A DNA stretch of 64,000 nucleotides. Source: Hormiphora californensis (Eukaryota > Animalia > Ctenophora). Of this stretch, positions 54,201 through 64,000 are shown piece by piece. The position numbers and the translations under genes are program-made. Position 1 is the first letter of the stretch; every line of letters begins with the position of its first letter. The stretch covers positions 2,232,001-2,296,000 of the forward strand of contig CM035355.1 in the NCBI GenBank assembly GCA_020137815.1, given 5' to 3'. The notes below the pieces were generated by a model, which worked only from the letters and a program-made list of their open reading frames with translations, did no database searches and was not told where the DNA came from.

Positions 54201-57200
54201 GATACACGTCATGGGCCCCCAAGGGCAGGGGGTTAGTGGTGAAATGACTAACAACCTCATTCAAATTCCAGAACTTCAGCTGCTCTGATATCTTCAGATG
54301 AGCTCCAACACTCCTAGCGGTTATGTGACACGGGTTGAGATTGTTATCCAGGAAGGATACTGTATAACCCATTCTGACATTACGTTTTGGGTCCACCCTG
54401 TCCCTGACAAGAACTTTCCTGCTGTTTTGTGTCCAGTTGTGAGGATCTTCTCCGCATCTTCCCTCTTCATATCACCCTTATACCATAGTTTCTTTGAGTG
54501 GTGGTCGGTGTTCGGGACCGGGTACTTGAAATATTTTGAGTTTTCTAGCTGGGTATTGGTGTTATAGTACTGGATAAGCTTGGGGATTTCTGTAAATCTT
54601 TGTGCGTTCTCAGATGACTTGTCAATGAAATACTCCATCATCCCCAGACTGTTCATTTCACTCTTGAATTTGAGATGTTTCACTGAATTATCACCCCACA
54701 CGCTAACAGCAAACTCGTAGACCCCGCTTGACCCACTTCGTCTGACAAGAAATGATCCCACACCAAGCTTTTGGTCCATGCCCTGGTTGAGGTAGCGGGC
54801 CCGGATGAAATCAGCTATAATCTGTTCCGCCATTGAGCGGGTTATGGGTCCGTGATACCAGGCGTTAGATCGGAGTTGGGATAACTCGAAACTTTTGGAG
54901 GGTGGGGGTCGGTCCTCTTTGAAGTACAGGTAGTTTCCCTGGGGGCGAGGTGGGAGGTGTCACTAAATGGTAATTATCCGGTGGTAATTGACATATAGTA
55001 ACTAACATATGGTAACTAACCGGTGGTAACCAACGGATGAGTTTAGAATGGTTGCCATGGCAACAGACCAGCGGTGTACTGTATAGCGATACGCCCATAA
55101 CTGAAAACCTTTCCATCTATTGAGTCGTTGATGAACACTGTAAACTTCTTCACGTCACTCACTTCATTTACCTGCGTGCAGGGGATTGTGATAGATCAGC
55201 GAGATACAGGTCAGATAAAGGTCGGATATAGATCGAGATATATATGTCCGGTAGGTCAGATATTCCAGACATATTATAGTTAAACACAGTCCATAGCTTT
55301 CGGTGATGGTAGGAGTCTAACTATCCCATTAATTGATCGTCACCCAGCCACAATCTATAGCACTCAAACCTGTTCAGTCCCACTATTTCTCATCTCAGAT
55401 ATGGAGCTGTAGTTCTCTTCATTTTCCTCATCGTTCTCATCCGGCTCATCTATCTCTTCAACGTCATCCATCACATCTGTAGGAACGTGAGGTTAGGTGG
55501 AGAGTGGGGATAGAAGAGTAGGGTTAGGAGAATGGGGTTGGGAGTCGGGAGAGTGGGGTTGGGAGAGTGGTGTTAGGGGGATAGTGGGGTTAGGGGGATA
55601 GTGGGAGTAGACGTGGCCAGGGGAGTGGGATCCCAAATAACAAAGATATCCCTTTCTATAAGATACTACATACCAGGGAGGCAGACATAGTCTTCATTTT
55701 TTACAAACTTGTCAACATAGATAATATTTTGCCGAGTTTGCTAGGCTATCACGAAGTGGCTAACACTCTCTCCAAGCCGTTACAACTCATGCAATTTAAT
55801 CAGAATCAATTACATTCAAGAAGAATCATTCACCACATTCCATCCAGGTTCTACTTTCTCACATGCTGTAAAAGTAGCATTCTCAGGGTTTTGTTGTTGC
55901 ATGGCCTCCAGAAAAGACCCGGAGCGCATTCGAGACATTAAATAACACATGACACCTGTTTCTTCTCCCTCATCAAAATCATTAAAGTGATCCTGATCCT
56001 GTTCATTGTTATCTGAGTTTGGTTTGTTGTTTATTTACCGTTTTGTGCCAAGATGAGAACACGATGTTTTAGCTCTTTCTACTCGAGAATTCTGTCAAAG
56101 AACTCACTCAAGAGCTTTTCTATTCTCCCCTCAAATTGTTTGACATGTGATAAAATGTCCCTTGCAGAAGGCACTGCGCTAAATCTGCGACTCACAGAGT
56201 TAGTGCAGAGTGCTGCGAGGGACAGAGTAGCCTCTCACCATGAAACCCCCAATCTGACTTACTGTCTTATTAGTTAGGGAATTTTAATGTATTTTTTCAG
56301 CAAAATTTTTAACAAGCTAATTTCTTCACCAATAGGTCCGGATAGGTGTCTAGTATCACCAAAAAAAGTACACGATAATCGGAAGTGCGCATGCGCGCTG
56401 AGCGCGCAAGAAGTAAACACATGTAAATACATGTATTTCTAGCCTGGCACGAAAACCCAAAAACCATCTTAGGAGACGAGTAGAGAAAAAATCAAGGGCA
56501 CTAGATTGTGTAGCGTCCTCGCATTAGTGGGGGTAGGTGCTGGAATTAAGTCTCTATCTCATCTGGTTAATTAGATAATTGGATAATTAGATATGCGCAT
56601 AACCTTATTTTGGCTATATGGCTATAGCCACTTACGAATGGTTTAGAGACTTTTCATTGGTGCCATTTTGTTCAGGAAAAAATTTCAATCTAAGAGTTGT
56701 GGAAAAATTTAGAGCCTATCTCTTACGGTTTTGGCGTTATTTGCGGTCAAAGTATGCCAAATCAGCCGAAAATGCCAAAAAATTAGTTAATTGGCCTTCT
56801 TTGACCGCAAATTACGCCAAAACGGTAAGAGATAGGCTCTAAATTTTTCCACAACTCTTAGATTGAAATTTTTTTCTGAACAAAATGGCACCAATGAAAA
56901 GTCTCTAAACCATTCCTAAGTGGCTATAGCCATATAGCCAAAATACGGTTATGCGCATATCTAATTATCCAATTATCTAATTAACCAGATGAGATAGAGA
57001 CTTAATTCCAGCACCTACCCCCACTAATGCGAGGACGCTACACAATCTAGTGCCCTTGATTTTTTCTCTACTCGTCTCCTAAGATGGTTTTTGGGTTTTC
57101 GTGCCAGGCTAGAAATACATGTATTTACATGTGTTTACTTCTTGCGCGCTCAGCGCGCATGCACACTTCCGATTATCGTGTACTTTTTTTTGGTGATACT

Positions 57201-60200
57201 AGACACCTATCCGGACCTATTGGTGAAGAAATTAGCTTGTTAAAAATTTTGCTGAAAACTTGGCCCTTTTTTTACTAAAATCCCCTAACTATATATACCC
57301 TGCTAACTTAAATAATGCGCCAGTTGCGAGAAGTCCCACTAGCGCGCTCTCGATAACCAGCCAGTCCAGCGGCAGATTATTTCCCACTGGCAGGTTATTT
57401 ATTTTTAACTCCTATGTTACATTCAAAGTGTGTGTAAATGATCAGTTCTTACTGAAATACAGAGGGAACACTGTTTGGAAGAGTTACACACTAAATTGGA
57501 GAGAAAGAAACAACACATTCCGTCAATTACTCTCTCTTTATCTTCCCTTTTGTTTCACTATCTCAATTCCTCTGTGTTATGTCTGGCATGCCCCATATCT
57601 TGTTATTTCTTTCTCTCTCTCCTTAGTAACTGTTACCAAACAATGTACACTCAATTGAGAGATGTTTTTGACTGTTTCTCAGTTCTCTTTGTGTGTTTTG
57701 ATTAGTGTTCTCTCTCTTGTTAGTGTGTAATACTTGTAACAAACAACTAAAGCAGGGTATATAACCTATAAACTCTTGCCACAGACGCGTTATAGGTTTA
57801 AACCCCTCCGCCTCTCCCTCGGCTACGCCTCGGGATCGTCGTCGTGATTTAAACCAGTTTATCCGCCAGTGGCGGATAAACTACAGCTACCTTCTCCCAG
57901 CGGCGCGCTGGGAGAAAGGTATCTGAAATAACGCGCCACTGGCAAGAGTTTATACCTCATGTATCTTTTTGTTTTTCACGATTATCTTGTACTGCAGACT
58001 CTCGGGGGAGGGAAGTCGTGGGTCACCGGGAAACAAATCATCAACGATCAGCTTCCTCTTGAAAATACTTTTCATCTGGCAGGGGGAAATACACCATTTA
58101 GTGGTCAGTTTGGCCACATTGATGCCTGAGTGAGATCGAGGTCGCGCAGCGACTGAGATCGATCTCACATCTAGGCCTCCGGTCCGTTATTGATTTTAGA
58201 GCAAACTTTTTCAAAGACCTGGCTGCAAGGAACTACTGAACCGATTTGCATCTCGTTTGTTGCTCCTGGCATACAATTGTCTCTAGTTTTACGGAAAATA
58301 CCCGCGAGTATCAGCATTTGAGGAATAGTGGGTCAAAATTTACGCTAAACATGAGCAATTCTTTAAAGACCTGGCTGCAAGCTCCTACTCGGTCCTGGGA
58401 CAATCTGCGGGTACTGGGGGAATCGTCATGGCCTTGTTAGTATGGGAAAATACCCGCCGATTCATCACGATGCGAAATGAGGCCATAATTGACCTTTCAG
58501 TAGTGCTAGGTCAGCTAAAAAGGTCTCCAAAAACGGTCTATCACGCGCAATCTGCTGAAAACGTGCTTTATATCGCGCGCACGTGAGTTCTTGCTCTCAA
58601 CGGGCCGGGATCCTATTATTCGCGGAGCGAGAATAGGATGCGATGGATCCAAGTGGTCAGTATTATCGGTGATTATGTTGGTGATTATATTGTGATCGGG
58701 ATGACTCGATCAAGTATTTCGGCAATTACTTGTTGAATTGCGTTTAGTAAGGGGTGAGAGAGTCACCCCTTACTCAACAATGTTGGTGATTATATTGATA
58801 ATTGATTGATGATTGTGATCGGGAGGACCCGATCGAAAAGCTTGTATTAGCGAATACAATCTCCAATTTGATACAGGATCCATAACTCACCATACTGGCC
58901 ATGATGACCTGTTGCTCTATAGTCAGATGGTTCTCGATTGATAGTACCACTGGGTAGGGGGAGGTCTTGAACGCAAACCGGTTAATCGCTTTCAGAACCT
59001 GTAGGGGAATTGATTATTACTCAACAAATAGGGAATGGGTTGGTTTGACAGTAATCCAACTGTCCCCGATCACTGCGCTTACAAACTATAACAGGGACAG
59101 CTCATATAATAACTCACATCGAAGAGCCTGATTTTGGTACAGAAAGTTCCCTTGTGCCATACAATGGGGTCCTTATTAGACCCGTCAATACAGTCCAACT
59201 CAATACACCTGCCCCCTTGGAGGAGCACCCTGATGTAGGCCTCAACAGAACTCTGTCCCGAGTACTGGTTACCTGGAAATAGTCTTTTTATAGTGTGAGG
59301 TCACTACACGGCTTCACGCAGCCGCACCGGGTCTTCGGCTCAGTTCGGAGAGGGCAGTATTTTGTAAGACAACAGGGCGGGTTATGATAGCTTACCCATA
59401 AGGTATGTGTTGTGAGATGAGTTGATCCAGTAATAGTTCATAGGATAACTCAGTTTATCTTTCTTTTTCCTGTTCACAACATCATTTTCTCGGCTGTATA
59501 ACAGGTTACAAAACTCCATAACAGAGATTCGCTTCTCTGCTCGGGAGGCTGTTCTACCAGAGATCCTGTTACCCAAAATGTAGACTCTCCTTTGAGGGGA
59601 AATATCCTCTTTCTGAGGAGGAGTTATATGTGATCTTTCTAACACACAAGGGTACGTGACTATAGGAGATTTTGTGCGAAAATAGGGGGAGTTGACGTTG
59701 GGAATTTATGGGTGAGGGGCTACGTATTTCGCTTGGTGTAAGGGGCTGGTCAAGACTTGTTACTCAAAAAGTCAGGACCGAATACAATGTCAGCTTGGTG
59801 AGGTATCTGGGAGAATGAAACAGAAGAAAACGATACCTGAGTTTCCTTGAGAAACTTTTCAAAGTCTGCCAACGCGAGGTCCTTCTTCGAGTACTTGAAG
59901 TTGTGTCCCTCCAACTCGAACATCATACTCAGGGACTTGGGGTCAAACAACTAAAATACGGAGACATGTTGTTATGTTCTAACTTGATCTACCGAAAATA
60001 AAATGTGGGGACATGCTGTGATGTTTCAACCCTGCTTTTGAAGATCCCCATCTCACCCCTTTAGCTACTAATTGAAGATCGTCCATCTCTAAGCACCCCC
60101 CCCCATCTATCTACTTACAAAGTCCTGGAAGAACTGCTGCAACTGATCGATTGTCATGACTCCACTGATCCTGCTGCTGTAGGTGTTAAACCAGTCCTTG

Positions 60201-61910
60201 AACTTCTCAGGAATGTTTATGTTGAGGTGATCACCCACTATCGTCTTGAAATCTGAGGAAGAGGTCATGTAGCCAGTATAGGTTTCAAAGCTAAACTGGC
60301 GGTGGATAAAAGAAGGAAAACGAAAATCATTTTTGGACTATAATCATACACTTCAGCCCCTAAACCAGCCAAAAATAGCTGTCTCTTCAGACACTTTTAA
60401 CCGTGTTGATCAAGTATACCTCTGCTGTTGATACCGTTCTTTTTCCCACTATTCATGTCATGATATATCTTGTGGAGCCACCTATTGTATCGGATCAGTG
60501 TAGCGAATCTTGCCTCAGTTCTCAGGTGTTCCTCAATCCACGTTTTAATCCGTTCCAGGTGGACCGCAGTTCCTGTAGATTCAGGGGTGGGGGATGTGGT
60601 ACAGGGGGTGATATGTGGAAGTCATGTGAGGGGGTGGCTGTCATTGGCCTGAACATATTATCATTTCTTTCGGTCAGAGCATTGTCTTACTGGCTTGGAA
60701 GGGGTGGCATATGAGTGGTGGCAAGGTCTTACAAGTCCCATCTTACCAGTCATGTGGAGAATGGATAGCTCAAAGGTGTTGCCATATCGCAGCTCTGCAA
60801 TCTTTTCTCCCTCAGGAACTTTGATTAGGTAGGAGGTGCCACCGAAACACTCGCACTCATTCTCCGCAAGATGGGGGTGATCTCCAAAGTTTCCCTGGGG
60901 TGGAGAAAGTGGTAAAGTTACTACCCTAGCCCCTGGGGTGGAGATAGTGATAGACAGAACACGATAATAATTGAGTGAAGTATTACCTGCCGTGTGGCGT
61001 GGGGAATTCTGGGGGTTTCCTGGATCTCAAAATCCCTGATCATCGACAGTTCAACTGAAAATATAATGTCGGTAACTACATTGCTTTGGCTAATCCCTGA
61101 TCAAATAGATCGAGGCTTGGCTTGTTCAAAAAGCACCTCGTGCGATGATAATACTGTTTATATTGATCAACTGCGATGTGAGCCACACAATGTTCAATGC
61201 TTTTACTCACTGTGAAAAACAAAGGAAGACTTAGGTTTAGTGAAAGTTAGTCTTAGTAGATCATCATCAAAGAGAAGGTTTAGTTGCTCCATCTTTACAG
61301 ACTCTCCTCCAACTACCCCACTTGTTACGTGGTACCTCTTGATTGGGATCTGTATGGCGGAACAAAATTACAGAGTCAACAAAGATACAGAGCTCTGCAG
61401 AGTCAAGACAACACGTTTCTTGTGGCCAACTGTTCATGGCGCCGATCTGAGTACACTGTTTTGAGTATCAACACGGGGTCCGTCTGGTGCCGCAAGACAG
61501 GTATCCAATGTGAACCACTATAATAAGCTTCTAAAGACTAATTAAACACCACAAAATCAATCAACAAAGACTCTTCAGTGCAGAGAGGGCAGCCTTATAG
61601 CACTTACCATGGTACCAGGACTATCCTGTAGAGTGTTTCCCAGTGATAGGGGTCGTGGAGGGGGCGGTGGCGGGAGACTCCCTCGTCCCTTGAAAAAATA
61701 GGGAGTCAAGTTAGGAATGAGTCACACTACTGCACTAATTATGACCATATGTAGGTACTCTGTCTGGCGGCACTGACCCGATCTGAGCGGAATCTGGCTA
61801 CGCCATTCAGTGATTACTTGAGGGAGATAGATACTATCATTTTATCACTAGAAACATACCATGGGCGCAGAGGCTGTTCTGGTCGTTCCAGCGTGTTTAC
61901 CAATCGTCAT
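45271..61910 (-). CDS. PLCG: Phosphoinositide phospholipase C gamma (PH-EF-X-spPH-SH2-SH2-SH3-like-spPH-Y-C2), over 20 exons; both ends approximate, several indels
   Basis: X box [45 protein letters not shown]; two SH2 ([12 protein letters not shown]; WYKG..GKFLVR); Y box [29 protein letters not shown]; C2 ending MRQ|[17 protein letters not shown] at ~46034. Confidence 0.92.
47022..47201. repeat. 9 x 20-bp minisatellite, each unit with a CACGTG E-box (60-bp higher-order period)
   Basis: AGTCACGTGACTTTACTAAC / AGTCACGTGTCTTGACTAAC; CACGTG at 47022-47182 every 20 bp, plus 47196. Confidence 0.95.
47383..47390 (+). promoter_or_regulatory. Candidate TATA box of the nested PIM-like kinase
   Basis: TTATAAAA upstream of a pyrimidine-rich leader and GCCACCATG start at 47649. 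Confidence 0.5.
47649..50994 (+). CDS. PIM-family Ser/Thr kinase, 5 exons (47649-47815, 48517-48601, 48783-48914, 49043-49135, 50578-50994), nested antisense in a PLC-gamma intron
   Basis: [68 protein letters not shown]. Confidence 0.92.
49174..50466. mobile_element. Kolobok-like palindromic MITE, ~600-bp TIRs, TTAA TSD
   Basis: TTAA|GGGTACACCTGGCG...CGCCAGGTGTACCC|TTAA; arms near-identical around a ~80-bp spacer. Confidence 0.88.
56273..57289. mobile_element. ~1-kb palindromic MITE (arms ~480 bp) flanked by TA
   Basis: TA|GTTAGGG...CCCTAAC|TA; 56297-56759 mirrors 56801-57267 almost perfectly. Confidence 0.85.
57769..57952. mobile_element. 184-bp hairpin-rich MITE flanked by TA
   Basis: TIR TAAACTCTTGCCA/TGGCAAGAGTTTA; internal hairpins TTTATCCGCCAGTGGCGGATAAA and TTCTCCCAGCGGCGCGCTGGGAGAA. 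Confidence 0.75.
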
Positions 61911-62691
61911 GTTGAACAATTACCAGGCAGCACTAAAATAATCACAGATTCACAGCTATACCGCCGGTGTAGTAGTAAACCGCCTCTGAGAGCTCACTCG
62001 GTGGTAGCTCACTCGGTGATAGGAGGGTGAGATTCCTTCCCACGCCCTTGAGATGCAGGCCGCGGCTAATGTCTACTTTTTTGGATAGCAATAGTGTCCT
62101 ACAGACCAGGCAGGGAATCTTCAGGGGTGACCCGGCATACCCCGGGGTAAACCATGAAGCTCTTGAACTGCCTGGAGCATCTCACATACCACTCCAAGGA
62201 AACAGAGCTGCCCTCCTTGGGTGGTGTGTTTTTCTCTCTTCCTTTCTCTAATCCGCTCATGACTCATCTCTCTCTGAATAGAGATACCCCCCGGCCGGTA
62301 TTACACCATCTCCCCAGCCTTGTGCACTGGGCCAAAGTAGGTGGCTAAATACCGGCCAAAACCCGTCCTCCAGCAAAAGTCCAGGCTGGAGGAGGTCTAA
62401 TCTCAACTGGCCATCCTCTACCTTCTGTCCACCTAGCCTCTGGACAGGTATAAAAGGTCTAACAAGCTAGGTCATAACTGGTTAGCTACCACCGTTTCTG
62501 GAATTGCTATCACTGATGTTGTATCCAAACTTAGAAGTATAACTCTCTCCTTCTTCTTTTTCACGTGTACAGCAGCAGCCAGAAGCACCTATATACGGAT
62601 AGACAGGCAGGCTGAGTCAGGGCGGACTCACTTACACAAAACGTAAGCAAACAAATCAACAAGAAAGCTTTGATTGTAGTTCCTTCTTCCT

Positions 62692-62695
<4 letters not shown>

Positions 62696-62787
<92 letters not shown>

Positions 62788-62836
62788 TGAGTGAGAAAGA
62801 GAGACAAAGAGAAAAAGAGAGAGAGAGAAAGAGAGG
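62696..62836. repeat. (GA)n microsatellite
   Basis: Direct reading. Confidence 0.95.
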
Positions 62837-63595
62837 GACTATTTTTAGCTACAACAAGCGTTATATATCTAACCAATACATATGTTAGTAAGTGCGGATT
62901 TACTTCCCTCATCGCGTCTTCACACTCTCCCCGACAAGGCCATAAAATAGGTAATATGATAGCCCGCAGCTCTCAGTCCACAGAATCCCACATTATGTTT
63001 CTGATCAGTCTGGCCTGGAAATCATACTACTTACTATTCAAATTGTCAGTGCTACATCACCTAGCAACTACACCTGCACGTGCAATTATTAGAGCAACTT
63101 AGAAACCTCACTCCCAGTTGCAGTTTTGGGTACTAAGGGAAATTCAATTCTGCACGTGCATTCTTTTACTTTTGTCCTGATGTCTAACTCTTCAACCCCA
63201 AGCGCTATTCGGCAACGGTCATAGATGGGTCCGGAAGATCTGCTGCTGTCAGGGAGCAGGCTGGAGAATATGACAGATTACGCCAACGTGTTCAAGCCAG
63301 CCAATCAACGACTACTGATAGCTTTACCCAACGTCGCCCAAGGGTGATTACTCGAATCGAATATAGAAATCTCTGAATTGGCTACATAGCGGCCAAGTTT
63401 TCACGTGATGAGTTTCTGGAACAGCACTGTACCTCCCTGACATTGATCTCTTAAATTCGCACCTTGACATTGCCAGGAAGCCCAGAGCGTACAACAACAT
63501 GGGTAGTATGTATAGGGAGAAAGTGAGAGATAGGCTAGGAACGGATGGTGCAGGTGATGTCAGCGTTCCCTAATCCAGCTACCATTTCCCCGAAA

Positions 63596-63625
63596 TTCGC
63601 CCGTAGGGCGAACGGGCCTGCTAGT
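63596..63625 (+). mobile_element. Helitron 3' end (hairpin plus CTAG|T); 5' end not located
   Basis: TTCGCCC-gta-GGGCGAA followed 8 nt later by CTAG-T. Confidence 0.6.
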
Positions 63626-63856
63626 ATTAGTATATGCAAAAAAGAAAAGAGTGAAAAGTTTCTATATCGCTAGCTCGCGTTATTGCAGACCCCGTTTTAA
63701 TTCTCATTGCGCCGCTACCAGACAGCCATATCGGCATATATCGCCCCTCAGTCCCAGCCTTGGGTTCCCAGAACACCGTATAACCTTTCCGCGGTATTCC
63801 TCTTTTTCTTTTCTTGCAAAAGTTCTGCTGAGCTCAATCTCATTCTCTGTCGTGAC

Positions 63857-63901
63857 CTGTATGGCGGCGCCATACCCCAGATGGGTCGCGGCGCCAGACA
63901 G
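63857..63901. mobile_element. 45-bp mini-MITE with 8-bp TSD
   Basis: GTCGTGAC|CTGTATGGCG...CGCCAGACAG|GTCGTGAC; related half copies at ~45064 and ~51755. Confidence 0.6.
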
Positions 63902-64000
63902 GTCGTGACCGGCGTTGTATCACATTTTGAGCTGTGTGGAAAGACCTCTATGTTCTCTTTCTAACGAGCCCAGGATGAAGCAATTTGACCAAGAAATGAC

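Noticed and set aside
31540-54420. Pseudogene status or programmed -1 frameshifting for the exonuclease, PEX6 and the PLC-gamma second SH2
   Set aside because: Breaks are single-base losses in short runs with otherwise intact conserved motifs; sequencing error is the simplest explanation.
56262-57303. Possible 18-nt PLC-gamma micro-exon (GIYNKT) split by the 1-kb palindrome
   Set aside because: CAG and GTAAGT flank it in the reconstructed empty site, but the phase does not match the next plausible exon and local sequence is error-prone.
62027-62560. Short ORFs upstream of PLC-gamma as a gene or LINE fragment
   Set aside because: Multiple stops and no identifiable domain.

Overview
Gene-dense, intron-rich eukaryotic (metazoan) genomic DNA, not prokaryotic. 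The compact spacing, nested genes and unpaired splice acceptors just before start codons suggest a ctenophore-like animal (inference). Plus strand: 3' end of an unidentified gene, group XII secreted PLA2, MAK16, TAMM41, GTF3C3, a WRN/EXD2-type exonuclease and two PIM-like kinases. Minus strand: TPP1, PEX6, a cytochrome b561 protein, a small 3-exon gene and phospholipase C-gamma. Five genes or ORFs lie inside introns of other genes. Non-autonomous DNA elements are abundant: Helentron-type HINEs, Helitrons, Kolobok-like and TA-targeting palindromic MITEs, a 2.2-kb TGGCGCCA foldback with an 8-bp TSD, and a decayed FLYWCH-MULE. The most unusual signals are (1) tandem duplications that repeatedly straddle exon-intron junctions and stack decoy splice sites, (2) operon-like co-oriented clusters with trans-splice-like acceptors, (3) multi-level nesting and (4) arrays of transcription-factor motifs. 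The assembly looks poorly polished: conserved genes carry single-base indels and ~40.5-41.9 kb is homopolymer junk, so exon boundaries and frameshifts are hand-read and approximate.
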